Assembly (NCBI GenBank): GCA_963721805.1
Contig: CAVRJY010000005.1
Coordinates: 1 to 64,000, forward strand
Length of the DNA: 64,000 nt
Direction of reading: 5' to 3'
From: Nitrospirota bacterium
GTDB lineage: Bacteria > Nitrospirota > Thermodesulfovibrionia > Thermodesulfovibrionales > JdFR-86
A program made the translations under genes and the position numbers. Below are positions 9,681 through 19,565 of this stretch, in pieces (the stretch's first letter is position 1; the number at the start of each line of letters is the position of its first letter). Below the pieces are notes generated by a model that was given only the letters and a program-made list of their open reading frames with translations, did no database searches and was not told the DNA's origin.

Positions 9681-10499
9681 TTACTTTTCGACCATTCCTA
9701 CTACTGTTATCCCTGCGCTTTCAGCCTCCGCGATAAACTTCTCGCGTTCTACTATGATGCTCTTCTGGGCCTCAATGCCTACCGCCGCTATCCCGGCCTC
9801 GCGCATCACGCCAAGCGTTGCAAGCCCCATCACAGGGACGTCAAACCTCATGTCCTGCTTCGGGCGGCTGACCTTCACGACCACAGCGCCCGGCCCGGCT
9901 AAAAGCCCGCCGCGCCTGATCGCCTCGTCCGTGCCTTCGATAGCCTCTACGGCGACGACCGCGCGGCCCTTCACGACTATCGTCTGTCCGATGTCGAGCC
10001 TCCCGATCTCCTTGGCCATCCTGAAGCCGTATTCGAGGTTGGCGGCCTGCGCCTTATCCGGCTTGCGATGTGTGAGCGTTCCGGCCGGCGTGAGCAGCCC
10101 GCTACAGAACTCCCTCATATCCAGAAGCGCGATGCCCTCTTTCCTGAACTCCTCGGCGAGGGCGTTGAGCATCGTGTCGTCGTTTCGGTCCTTAAGCCTC
10201 ACGAACGCGACCAGGGTGCGCATGTCGAAGTTCACGCCGCCCTTGATGAAGCTGACCTTCGGGACCTTGCCCCCGGCGACCGCCTGGTGTGCGCCGTGGC
10301 GCTTGAGGAACTTGAATATCGCCCCGAGCTTGCCGGGGCTGATCGACTCGACCGCCTCGGAGAACTCCGCGAGCTCGGGCGAGGCCTGCCCGTCGAGCGA
10401 GACGCTTACGACGCGGTAGCCGAGCCGGACCGCCTCGCGGCCCATGAGGACCGGCAGCTCGCCGAGCCCGGCCAGCAGGCCTATTACCTTATTCGTCAT
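9681..10499 (-). CDS. lpxI: UDP-2,3-diacylglucosamine pyrophosphatase LpxI
   Basis: LDIGQTIVV, AVEAIEGTD, QDMRFDVP motifs; in the lpx operon. Confidence 0.9.
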   Translation of the reverse strand: MTNKVIGLLAGLGELPVLMGREAVRLGYRVVSVSLDGQASPELAEFSEAVESISPGKLGAIFKFLKRHGAHQAVAGGKVPKVSFIKGGVNFDMRTLVAFVRLKDRNDDTMLNALAEEFRKEGIALLDMREFCSGLLTPAGTLTHRKPDKAQAANLEYGFRMAKEIGRLDIGQTIVVKGRAVVAVEAIEGTDEAIRRGGLLAGPGAVVVKVSRPKQDMRFDVPVMGLATLGVMREAGIAAVGIEAQKSIIVEREKFIAEAESAGITVVGMVEK

Positions 10500-11295
10500 C
10501 CCTTAAGTACCCCTCTCCCGAGCGATATACCCCGTGTATCCCGGCCGATTCGTAAAACTCCGAGATCTCGCGGACCTCGTCGGTGCGGGGGAGCACTTCG
10601 CCGACCATGCGCAGGGCCTCGGCCAGCGTGAAGTCCTTGCAGGCGATGATGGCGTACGCGCGTTCGATATCCAGCATCGCCTCCGGCGTGAAGCCCTTGC
10701 GTGAGAGCCCTACGCGGTTGATGCCGTAGAGCCGGGTGTCGTCCGTGCCGTGCACGATCACGAATGGGGGGACGTCCTTCTCGATGCGGCTCAGCATGCT
10801 GAGCATCGTATGGGGCCCGATGCGCAAGGACTGCTTGACGACGATCATGCCGCTCAGGAATGCGGAGTCGCCGACCGTGACGTCTTCGGCCAGCGTCACG
10901 AGGTTGGCAATGACGGCGTTGCGGCCGATCCTGCAGCCCGGGTCCACCTGCACGTATGCCATCAGCAGGCAATCGGGGCCGATCTCGGTCACGCGGCCGC
11001 CCGTTCCGGGGTGCACTGCCGCGCACTCGCGGATGACCGTGCCGGCGCCGATGCGCACTCCGGGGCTCCCGGCATCCACGCCCAGCGGTGCGGCCCCGAT
11101 GCTCGCGAAGGGGAAGATCACGCAGCCCCCGCCAACCTCTGCGTCGCGCTCGATGACCGCGTGCGGGTGGACATTTACCCCGTCTCCGAGCACTACGCCC
11201 GGCCCGATGAAGCTGTATGCGCCGACCGTGACGCCCTCGCCTATGTGCGCGCCCCGGTCAATCGTCGCAGTCGGATGCAGAGCGGTACCTCTCAG
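10489..11295 (-). CDS. LpxA-like left-handed beta-helix protein, second paralogue, catalytic histidines lost
   Basis: Homology to the upstream lpxA extends 34 codons above the called GTG (11193) to a CTG overlapping the lpxA stop; AHVAHDC has become VQVDPGC. Confidence 0.75.
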   Translation of the reverse strand: MRGTALHPTATIDRGAHIGEGVTVGAYSFIGPGVVLGDGVNVHPHAVIERDAEVGGGCVIFPFASIGAAPLGVDAGSPGVRIGAGTVIRECAAVHPGTGGRVTEIGPDCLLMAYVQVDPGCRIGRNAVIANLVTLAEDVTVGDSAFLSGMIVVKQSLRIGPHTMLSMLSRIEKDVPPFVIVHGTDDTRLYGINRVGLSRKGFTPEAMLDIERAYAIIACKDFTLAEALRMVGEVLPRTDEVREISEFYESAGIHGVYRSGEGYLRDDE

Positions 11296-12083
11296 CGGTA
11301 AGTCCCCCGCTTGCCTGAGCTCGAGAAGAACTCCACGATGGTGCGCACCTCGTCGGAATACGGCAGCTCTTCCTGCACCTGCCTGAGCGCCTCGCCAAGC
11401 AGCACGCCCTTCTTGGCGATGATGCCGTAGGCGCGCTCGATCTCCTTCATCGTCTCGGGGGAAAACCCCCGGCGTTCGAGCCCGATCTTGTTGACGCCGT
11501 AGAACTTCACCGAGTCCGCGCCCTGCACTATCGAGTAGGGCGGGCAGTCCTTGACGATGCGGCTCATCCCGCCGACCATCACCTGAGGGCCGATGCGTAT
11601 GAACTGGTGGATCACGACCAGGCCGCTTATGAAGGCGTGGTCTCCTATCGTGACGTGTCCCGCGAGCGTCGCGCCGTTGGCCATGATCACGTTATTGCCG
11701 AGCTTGCAGTCGTGGGCCACGTGGGCGTACGCCATCAGGAAGCACTCGGCCCCGAGTTCGGTCAGGCCGTCGCCGCCCAGGGAGGCGCGGTGCACGGTGG
11801 CGCACTCGTGGATGATCGAGCGGGGCCCGATGCGGACTCCGGTAATGCGCTCGGGTGTGTATTTCAGGTCCTGCGGGGCGGTCCCTATGCTCGCAAACGG
11901 GAAGACCTCGCACCCGGCGCCGAGCTCTGAGTCGCGCTCTATCACGGCGTGCGGGTGGATGCGCACGTTGTCGCCGAGCACCACGCCCGGCCCGATTATG
12001 CTGTATGGCCCGACCGTGACGCCCTCGCCCATGCGGACCGTTGGGTCGATGATCGCTGTCGGGTGGATATCGGTTGCCATCAT
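11292..12083 (-). CDS. lpxA: UDP-N-acetylglucosamine acyltransferase
   Basis: IHPTAII start, PQDLKY, LMAYAHVAHDC, LAGHV, IHQF. Confidence 0.95.
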   Translation of the reverse strand: MMATDIHPTAIIDPTVRMGEGVTVGPYSIIGPGVVLGDNVRIHPHAVIERDSELGAGCEVFPFASIGTAPQDLKYTPERITGVRIGPRSIIHECATVHRASLGGDGLTELGAECFLMAYAHVAHDCKLGNNVIMANGATLAGHVTIGDHAFISGLVVIHQFIRIGPQVMVGGMSRIVKDCPPYSIVQGADSVKFYGVNKIGLERRGFSPETMKEIERAYGIIAKKGVLLGEALRQVQEELPYSDEVRTIVEFFSSSGKRGTYR

Positions 12084-12511
12084 ACCTCCACGTCCGTGGT
12101 CATGGCCGATATCTCGGCCTCCGAGACCAGGACGCCGTCCACGCGGGCCTGGGTGGCGAACCGCCAGATCTTGCCGCGCTGCTGTATGACCTCGGCCGTG
12201 ATGCGCAGCTGGTCGCCCGGCACGACCGGCTTGCGGAACTTCGCCTTGTCGACGCCGAGCAGGTAGGTGTTCTGGTTGATCCCGCCCAGCGAGATCACCG
12301 CGAGCAGCCCGGCCGCCTGGGCCATCGTCTCGATCTGAAGCACCCCCGGCATGACCGGCATATCGGGGAAGTGGCCGGTGAAGTGCGGCTCGTTGAAGGT
12401 CACGTTCTTTATCGCCTCGATCCTCTTAAACGGCTCGGAAGAGACCACCCGGTCGATGAGCAGGAACGGGTAGCGGTGCGGAAGGTGTTTCATTATCTCT
12501 TTGCTGTCCAT
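12080..12511 (-). CDS. fabZ: 3-hydroxyacyl-ACP dehydratase
   Basis: [24 protein letters not shown]. Confidence 0.97.
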   Translation of the reverse strand: MDSKEIMKHLPHRYPFLLIDRVVSSEPFKRIEAIKNVTFNEPHFTGHFPDMPVMPGVLQIETMAQAAGLLAVISLGGINQNTYLLGVDKAKFRKPVVPGDQLRITAEVIQQRGKIWRFATQARVDGVLVSEAEISAMTTDVEV

Positions 12512-12518
12512 AATCGCC

Positions 12519-13550
12519 TCATTTCTCCTTTCGGCCGCCCACCTGGCAGACGCGCTCTAGTTCGCGCAGCCTCTGGAGCAGCTCAGGCAGACGCTCGAAG
12601 AGCGCCGCGGATTTAATCCAGTTCTTGAGCCCTATCGCGGGGCCGCCGCCGTATGTCCCCTTCTCGAGGTCGCTGCCGACCCCGGTGCGGGCCGCGAGCA
12701 TCGCGCCGGCCGCGATAGTGACGTTGTCCCTGATCGCGCACTGCCCGCCCATCAAGACGCCGTCGCCAATCCGGCAGCTGCCGCCTATCGAGGTGCCGGC
12801 CACTATCAGGCAGTCGCGGCCCATGCGCACGTTATGGCCTATCTGCACGAGGTTGTCGATCTTCGTGCCGCGCCCTATGACGGTCATGCCGGTCGTCGCG
12901 CGGTCTATCGTGGAGTTGGCGCCGACCTCGACGTCGTCGCCGAGCGTGACGCCGCCCACGTGCGGCACCTTCATATGCCCGTCCGGGCCGGAGGCGTAAC
13001 CGAAACCGTCGGAGCCGATCACCGCGCCGGGATGGATTATCACCCGGTCGCCCAGGCTCACGCCGTCGCGCACGACCGCGCCGGGCCAGAGCACGCAGTC
13101 CTCCCCTACCGACGAGCCCCTGCCGACGTATACGCCCGGATAGAGCACGCTGCGCGGCCCTATCGAGGCCCCTTCGGCAACATATGCCCCGGCCATCACG
13201 GTCACTCCGGCTGCGATGCTCGCGCTCCCCGGAACAATCGCCCCCGGGCTCACCCCGGCCGGGCCGTGGTCGGCCGGGTGCAGGGCGCCCAGCAGCAGGG
13301 CGAATGCGCGGTAAGGGTCCCTGACCTTCATCTGGGGCATCGGGAGCCCGTCATAAAACTCGCCGACCAAAACAAGAGAGGCCCCGCTTGGCAGGGCCTC
13401 CTTCAGGTGTCTTTTGTCCTTTATGAACGATGCGTCTCCGCCGCCCGCCTCGGCCAGGGCGCGGGCGCCCGTGATCTCGAGGCCCGGCTCGGCATCCTGA
13501 GGGTATACCCCGAGGGCCGAGACCAGCCCGGCCAGCTCACTGAGCCTCAT
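12519..13550 (-). CDS. lpxD: UDP-3-O-acyl-glucosamine N-acyltransferase
   Basis: [21 protein letters not shown]. Confidence 0.95.
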   Translation of the reverse strand: MRLSELAGLVSALGVYPQDAEPGLEITGARALAEAGGGDASFIKDKRHLKEALPSGASLVLVGEFYDGLPMPQMKVRDPYRAFALLLGALHPADHGPAGVSPGAIVPGSASIAAGVTVMAGAYVAEGASIGPRSVLYPGVYVGRGSSVGEDCVLWPGAVVRDGVSLGDRVIIHPGAVIGSDGFGYASGPDGHMKVPHVGGVTLGDDVEVGANSTIDRATTGMTVIGRGTKIDNLVQIGHNVRMGRDCLIVAGTSIGGSCRIGDGVLMGGQCAIRDNVTIAAGAMLAARTGVGSDLEKGTYGGGPAIGLKNWIKSAALFERLPELLQRLRELERVCQVGGRKEK

Positions 13551-13553
13551 TCA

Positions 13554-14153
13554 CTACTTGCCTTTCTGATGCTTGTCCCCGGCGGCCGGCTTTCCGGCCT
13601 TGTCGCTCTGGAGCTTCTGCTTGTACGCCTCGTTAAAGAGGTTCATGATCTTGTCGGTAATGTCCAGGCCGTCCTTGGCGTAGATCACCGCATCGGAGGG
13701 GACGATCAGCGTGTAGCCCTCGCCCTTGCCGTAGTTGCCGACGATCTTGTCGATGACCTTGACGAACTCCTCTTTTTTCTGCCTGTCGAGCTTCTGCATG
13801 TACGTCTCTGCGTCCGAGACCATGTGCTTTAGTTCGGTATCGAGCGAGTCGATCTCGTCGATGCGCTTCTTGCGCTCGTCTTCGGAGAGGGCCATCCCCT
13901 GCTTCTCGAGGTCCTTGGTGAGCTTGTCCTTCTCCTGCGCCTTGCTCTCTATCAGGGCGCTTTTCTGCTTGTACGTCTCCTCGATGCTGCTCTTGGCCTG
14001 CTTGCCGAACTCAGACTCGTTGAGGATGTGCTGCAGGTTGACGACTCCGACCTTCATGGCCGCCGCCTTGGGGGCCTCCTCGGCCCTGGCCGGCGAGGCC
14101 GCGAACCCGAGCGCCGCACAGAGCGCCGCCACCATCAGTATCCTGAACTTCAT
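13554..14153 (-). CDS. skp: OmpH/Skp periplasmic chaperone
   Basis: Signal peptide, KVGVVNL, coiled coil, DITD; between bamA and lpxD. Confidence 0.9.
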   Translation of the reverse strand: MKFRILMVAALCAALGFAASPARAEEAPKAAAMKVGVVNLQHILNESEFGKQAKSSIEETYKQKSALIESKAQEKDKLTKDLEKQGMALSEDERKKRIDEIDSLDTELKHMVSDAETYMQKLDRQKKEEFVKVIDKIVGNYGKGEGYTLIVPSDAVIYAKDGLDITDKIMNLFNEAYKQKLQSDKAGKPAAGDKHQKGK

Positions 14154-14220
14154 AGCGTTTAAATCCTCCTTGGGATGGTTCTGCTGTTTTAGATAAGCCT
14201 TGTCAGGCTCCGGCGGCCGC

Positions 14221-16497
14221 CTAGAAATAAGCTCCGACCGCGAACTCCCACTCGCCCGGGGCCTCTGATCCGCGCGGCGAGAGGTTCCGGCCGTATTCGA
14301 GGCGCAGGGGGCCGATAGGCGAAAGCCAGCGCACGCCTATGCCGGCCGACTCGCGGAAGTCCGGGGTCTTGTCGTAAGCCGTCCCGATGTCCGAGAAAAC
14401 TACGCCCCTGAACTTTGCGGCCTCAGAGAGCGGGAACGTGAACTCGGTCGAGAAGATCATCTGGTTTTTGCTGCCTATGTACGTCCCCTCTGAGTCACGC
14501 GGCCCGAGGTACCTGAAACCCCTCATCGTGTAAACGCCGCCTACCTGGTAGCGCTCGGCGAGCGGCACGTCATGTCCGAACAGCCCGCTGTCGAAGCCGA
14601 GGTTGGCCGAGAGCGAGAACACGGTATTGAGCGGCAGCGGGAAGAATATCGCGGCCTGCGGCTCGATCTTCAGGAAGTAGTTGTCGCCCCCGACGCCGGC
14701 GTACGTGATGCTTAACTTCTCGCGGGTGCCGGAGTGGGGGTCGAGGTTGTTGTCCAGCGTGTTGTAGGCGACGTACGGGTTGATGCTGCTCGTGACGGAC
14801 TTGCCCTCCTGCGAGCGCAGGTACTCCGACGAGTCGTGCTTGACGTTGGTTATGTCGAGCTGCTCGATGCGGTAGCCGAGGCCGGCGCTGAAAAACTCGG
14901 TGTACTGCTTGCCCAGGCCCAGGAACAGGCCGGTGGCCTGCCTGGTATAGTTGGTGTAGTCGTAGCTCGTCCTGTAGAGCGTGTTCGTCGAGGAGATCGG
15001 CTTGTCGAAGAGCCAGGGCTCGATGAACGTCAGCTCGTACGTCGTGAGCTTCGAGCCGACCTCGGCCTTGGCCCTGACCGTCTGGCCGCGGCCGAAGAGG
15101 TTGCCCTCGGTGATGTCGACCGTGCCGACGAGCTTGTCTACCGTGCTGTAGCCCGCGCCGACGCTGAACGAGCCGGTGCTCTTTTCCTTGACGTCCACGT
15201 CGAGGTCCACGGTCTTTGTCCCGGGGTTGGGCTTGGGGTCGAACTTGACCGTCTCGAAGTAGTTGAGGTTCACCAGCCTGTCGTAGCTGCGCTTCAGGGC
15301 CGCGCCGTTGTACGTGTCGCCCTCCAGCAGCCTGATCTCGCGCCTTATGACCTTGTCTCTGGTGTTGACGTTGCCGCGTATGTCGATGCGGCCCATCGTG
15401 AAGATGTCGCTTTCGTGCACGACGAAGGCGATCGAGGCCGTGAGCTTCTCGTCGTCGGGCTTGATGTCCGGCACGACGCTCGCCATCGCGTACCCCTTGT
15501 CGGTGTAAGCGGAGGTCAGCGCGTCGAGGTCGGCGCTGAGCGTCTTGCGGCTGATGACGTCGCCGGGCTTGCTCTTGACCATAGCCTTCAGGGCTTCGGT
15601 GGTATAGATCTGGTTGCCCTCGTACGTTATGGCCGAGATCCTGTACTGCTTGCCCTCGTTGATCTTGTATACGAGGTCCACGTAGCGCTTGTCGGCCGAG
15701 TACTCTATGCGCGGGGCCGAGACGTCGGCCTTCAGGTAGCCCCTGTTGAGGTATTCGCCCCTGATGGCGTCCTCGTCGTAGTTCATCTTGGAGCGCTCGT
15801 AGCGCCCGCCGCTGAACACGTAGTTCCAGAACCACCACTCGCTGGTCTCCATCGCGCCGCGCAGCTTGCCGCTCGAGACGTGCTCGTTGCCCTCGAACCT
15901 GATGTGGCGTATCCTCACGCGGGGGCCTTCCTTGATATCGTAAAGGAGCATCACGCGGTCCGCTCCGGCCGCGCTCACGACCGGCACGACCGTGGCCAGC
16001 GGGTAGCCCTCGGTCTCGTACATGTCGCGTATCTTCGAGGCCCCGTCGGAGATCAGCACCGGGTCGGCAATGGACCCGGCATTGACGCCGAGCTTCTCCT
16101 GCAGCTTGCTGTCCTCGATGTTGTCGTTGCCCGCGAAGCCCACGGCGCGGATCGACGGCTTCTCGACCACTACGTAAATCACCTTGACGCCGCCCTCGAA
16201 GGGCTCGATATCGACCTTGACGTCCTTGAAATACCCGGTGTCGAAGAGCGCCTTGATGTCCGACGAGACGCTCTCGGTCGAAAGCGGGACCCCCACGCCC
16301 TGGCTCAGGCGCGGCCGTATCGAGGCCTCGTCAATGCGGTTTAAGCCCTTGATCTCGACGCCGCGCACCGGCGGCTGCGACGTGGGCTGCTCGTCGCCAG
16401 CGGCATATGAGTTTCCAGCCGCGCAGACGGCCGCCATGATAAGGCCCAAAAGCATCAATATTATGAAACGCCGGAAATCGACTGGTCTGGTTCTCAT
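14221..16497 (-). CDS. bamA: Outer membrane protein assembly factor BamA
   Basis: POTRA domains, TRDKVIRRE, MRGF, SPIGPLRLEYG, terminal Phe; start trimmed to ATG 16497 because the longer ORF runs into repeat C. Confidence 0.95.
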   Translation of the reverse strand: MRTRPVDFRRFIILMLLGLIMAAVCAAGNSYAAGDEQPTSQPPVRGVEIKGLNRIDEASIRPRLSQGVGVPLSTESVSSDIKALFDTGYFKDVKVDIEPFEGGVKVIYVVVEKPSIRAVGFAGNDNIEDSKLQEKLGVNAGSIADPVLISDGASKIRDMYETEGYPLATVVPVVSAAGADRVMLLYDIKEGPRVRIRHIRFEGNEHVSSGKLRGAMETSEWWFWNYVFSGGRYERSKMNYDEDAIRGEYLNRGYLKADVSAPRIEYSADKRYVDLVYKINEGKQYRISAITYEGNQIYTTEALKAMVKSKPGDVISRKTLSADLDALTSAYTDKGYAMASVVPDIKPDDEKLTASIAFVVHESDIFTMGRIDIRGNVNTRDKVIRREIRLLEGDTYNGAALKRSYDRLVNLNYFETVKFDPKPNPGTKTVDLDVDVKEKSTGSFSVGAGYSTVDKLVGTVDITEGNLFGRGQTVRAKAEVGSKLTTYELTFIEPWLFDKPISSTNTLYRTSYDYTNYTRQATGLFLGLGKQYTEFFSAGLGYRIEQLDITNVKHDSSEYLRSQEGKSVTSSINPYVAYNTLDNNLDPHSGTREKLSITYAGVGGDNYFLKIEPQAAIFFPLPLNTVFSLSANLGFDSGLFGHDVPLAERYQVGGVYTMRGFRYLGPRDSEGTYIGSKNQMIFSTEFTFPLSEAAKFRGVVFSDIGTAYDKTPDFRESAGIGVRWLSPIGPLRLEYGRNLSPRGSEAPGEWEFAVGAYF

Positions 16498-16542
16498 GGG
16501 TAGATAGTATATATCTAGGCCCCAATATAAGTAAATACGGCG

Positions 16543-16667
16543 AAAGCGCGCGAGAATTCCGGGATACTGCGTCACCAGGCAAAAAACGATCCTCGACGTA
16601 TGTCCATACGTACATAGAGGGCGAGTCTTTGAAGCCCAACGCAGTATCAAGCGATTTGGGGCGCTTT
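16543..16667. repeat. Dispersed repeat, copy C: tail-to-tail chimera of two 3' halves
   Basis: Left part is the reverse complement of a 3' arm, right part is a forward 3' arm; joined at the apex around 16597-16613. Confidence 0.8.
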
Positions 16668-16731
16668 CAAACTTCGTTAGCGCGCTGCCCCCAACTTTAC
16701 GCTCGGGGCGGTATTCTGATACTATCTACCT

Positions 16732-18108
16732 ATGACAAGATCAAGAGCCCTGACCACCGCGATTCTCCTGGCCTCACTGGCCCTTTTTTCCGTGCCCCAG
16801 TCCGTCTCCGCCGCCCCGGTAACCGAGCGCGTCTTGCAAAACGGCCTCAAGGTGATCGTCGACGAGGACCACAAGGTCCCGCTCGCGGTCTTCGAGATAT
16901 GCTACCGCGTGGGCTCGATGGACGACCCCTCCGGCCGTACGGGCTTGAGCCACATGCTCGAGCACATGATGTTCAAGGGCACGCCCAAGTATGGGTCCAA
17001 GGTCTTCTCGAAGCTCGTCATGAAATACGGCGGGACGGACAACGCCTTCACCTCGGAGAACATGACCTGCTACCACCAGGAACTCCCCTCCGACCGCATC
17101 CAGCTCTCGGTGGACCTCGAGAGCGACCGCATGCACAACCTCCTGCTGGACGAAAAGGAGTTCCAGTCCGAGCGCGACGTCGTGGCCGAGGAGCGCAGGA
17201 TGCGCGTCGACGACAACCCGGAGGCCTCGCTCGACGAGGAGGTCGACGCCATATCGTTCCTCGTGCACCCTTACCACCACCCGGTCATAGGCTGGATGTC
17301 CGAGATCAAGGCGTACACCCGCGCGGACCTCGTGGCCTACTACAGGAAATACTACTCCCCCGAGGACGCGCTCATAATAGTGGAAGGCGACGTCGACCCC
17401 GTAAAGCTGATGGACGAGATCGGCGCGACCTTCGGCAGGCTCGGCAACCCCGAGGGCCCGGTCGTGCGTGACCGGATCGAGGAGCCCGAGCAGCACGGCG
17501 AGCGCCGCGCGGTGCTCAGGCGCGCGGCCGAGCTGCCGTCGGTCATCGAGGCATGGCACGCCCCCGTGCTGCCTGACCCCGACGCATACGCCCTGGACGT
17601 GCTGGCGGAGGTGCTCGGCGGGGGCAAGTCAAGCCGGCTGTACCATTCCCTCGTATACGAAAAGAAGCTCGCCCTGGGCGTATCGGCCGACTACCAGGAC
17701 CTCTCTCGCGACCCCTACCTGTTTGAGATATCGGCCACGGCCGCCTCGGGCGTCGACCCGGCCGAGCTCGAGCGCCAGATATACGCGGAGGTCGACCGGC
17801 TCAAGGCCGGGCCCCCGACGGATTTCGAGCTGCAGAAGGCCGAAAACTCGATAGAGGCCTCGTTCGTAAAGCAGCAGGACTCGATCTACGCAAAGACGCA
17901 GGTGCTCGCCCAGTTCGAGCTCATGGGAGGCGGCTGGCGCGAGCGCGACGCCTATACCTCGCACATCCGCGCCGTGACCGCCGCCGACGTGCAGCGCGTG
18001 GCCAACAAATACCTGACCGGGGACAACAGGACGGCCGGGATGCTGGTCCCGACCGGCGAGGCCCCGGAGGCCCCGTCGAGGCCGTCAACCGGAGGGCCGA
18101 TCAGATGA
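16732..18108 (+). CDS. M16 family zinc peptidase
   Basis: HxxEH (HMLEH) motif, NAFT, signal peptide. Confidence 0.92.
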   Translation: MTRSRALTTAILLASLALFSVPQSVSAAPVTERVLQNGLKVIVDEDHKVPLAVFEICYRVGSMDDPSGRTGLSHMLEHMMFKGTPKYGSKVFSKLVMKYGGTDNAFTSENMTCYHQELPSDRIQLSVDLESDRMHNLLLDEKEFQSERDVVAEERRMRVDDNPEASLDEEVDAISFLVHPYHHPVIGWMSEIKAYTRADLVAYYRKYYSPEDALIIVEGDVDPVKLMDEIGATFGRLGNPEGPVVRDRIEEPEQHGERRAVLRRAAELPSVIEAWHAPVLPDPDAYALDVLAEVLGGGKSSRLYHSLVYEKKLALGVSADYQDLSRDPYLFEISATAASGVDPAELERQIYAEVDRLKAGPPTDFELQKAENSIEASFVKQQDSIYAKTQVLAQFELMGGGWRERDAYTSHIRAVTAADVQRVANKYLTGDNRTAGMLVPTGEAPEAPSRPSTGGPIR

Positions 18109-19427
18109 AACGCTCAATAAGCCTGCTCGCATTGATAATAACGCTCATCGCGGCTCAGACGGCGTTTGCCATAGACGCCACGCGCACCGTGCTGCCAAAC
18201 GGCCTGACCGTGCTTCAGATGGAGCGCGGCGGGCTGCCGCTCGTGGTCGTCTCGATCCTGGTGCGCGCCGGATCGCTCGAGGAGGCGAAGCCCGGGGTCG
18301 CGAACCTGACCGCCCGCCTCATGACCGAGGGCACCTCGCACCGGAGCTCCGAGCAGATAAGCTCCGAGGCCGAGTTCATAGGGGCCGGCCTGGGCGTCGG
18401 GGCATCGCGCGATTTCGCCTCGGTCAGCCTCACGGTGCTTAAAAAAGACCTCGATAAGGGGTTCGAGCTCCTCTCTGACGTGCTCTTAAACCCGAAGTTC
18501 GCGGACGAGGAGATAGCGCGCCAGAAGGCGCTGCTGAAAAACTCGCTGAAGGCCGCCGAGGACGACCCGAATTTCCTTGCCTACCGCGCTTACGAGCGCG
18601 AGGTGTACGGCCCCGACAGCCCCTACGGAAGGCTCGTACAGGGCACGCCTGAGTCCATCGACGCGATCACGCGCGAGGACCTCGTCGCGTTTCATAACGC
18701 GAGATACGCCCCCAACGACTCTATCATGTCCGTGGCCGGCGACATCACGCCGGCCGAGCTCAACGCCCTGATAGCCAAGTACCTGGGCGGATGGGCCTCG
18801 CGCCCGGTCACGGAGGCCGAGCCCCCGGCCCCGCCCGTCCAGAGCCGCCACGTCGTGCTGATCGACAAGCCCGACCTCACGCAGGCGACGATAAACATCG
18901 GGCAGACCTGCGTGCGGCGCGACGACCCGGACTACTACGCCCTTACGGTGATGAACTACGTCCTGGGCGGCGGAGGGTTCTCCTCGCGGCTGATGCAGCA
19001 CGTCCGCGACGAGCTCGGCCTCGCTTACGGCATACGGAGCTCGGTCGACGCCGAGTGGAAGGGCGGGGATTTCCAGATAGACGCCCAGACCAAAAACCGC
19101 ACCGCCTCGCAGGTGATAGACGAATCCTTCGCCGCGATGCGCCGCATCCGCGATGAGGGCATCACCGACAAGGAGCTGGCCGACGCGAAGTCCTTCATGA
19201 TCGGGAGCTTCCCGCGGAGGTTCGAGACCCTGAGCGGCATAGCCGGGTTCCTCGGCGGCGTCGAGTTTTACGGCCTCGGAATGGACTACGATGTGCAATA
19301 CAAGAGGATCATCTCCGCGATCACCGCGGCGGACGTAAAGCGCGTGGCCGAGAAGTACCTCGACCCGGATAAGTGCACGGTCGTAGTCGTCGCGCGGCAG
19401 TCTGAGGCCGGGATCAAGACGAAGTAG
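18105..19427 (+). CDS. M16 family peptidase, non-catalytic-type subunit
   Basis: M16 fold motifs (LGGGGFSSRL, RDELGLAY) without HxxEH; ATGA overlap with the previous gene. Confidence 0.88.
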   Translation: MKRSISLLALIITLIAAQTAFAIDATRTVLPNGLTVLQMERGGLPLVVVSILVRAGSLEEAKPGVANLTARLMTEGTSHRSSEQISSEAEFIGAGLGVGASRDFASVSLTVLKKDLDKGFELLSDVLLNPKFADEEIARQKALLKNSLKAAEDDPNFLAYRAYEREVYGPDSPYGRLVQGTPESIDAITREDLVAFHNARYAPNDSIMSVAGDITPAELNALIAKYLGGWASRPVTEAEPPAPPVQSRHVVLIDKPDLTQATINIGQTCVRRDDPDYYALTVMNYVLGGGGFSSRLMQHVRDELGLAYGIRSSVDAEWKGGDFQIDAQTKNRTASQVIDESFAAMRRIRDEGITDKELADAKSFMIGSFPRRFETLSGIAGFLGGVEFYGLGMDYDVQYKRIISAITAADVKRVAEKYLDPDKCTVVVVARQSEAGIKTK

Positions 19428-19441
19428 GGGGAGAGGGATTA

Positions 19442-19513
<72 letters not shown>

Positions 19514-19565
19514 GCCTTGCCCTCGATAAGACAGGAAAATATTATATCACAGCGGCGGCCAGCCG

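Noticed and set aside
14570..16344. Long overlapping or antisense ORFs over bamA (similar ones over dnaE, purL and the MCP gene)
   Set aside because: Typical shadow ORFs of high-GC3 coding sequence; Arg/Ala/Gly-rich with no motifs.
16498..16650. N-terminal extension of BamA in the ORF track
   Set aside because: It is a translation of repeat C; a signal peptide and a -10 box fit ATG 16497.
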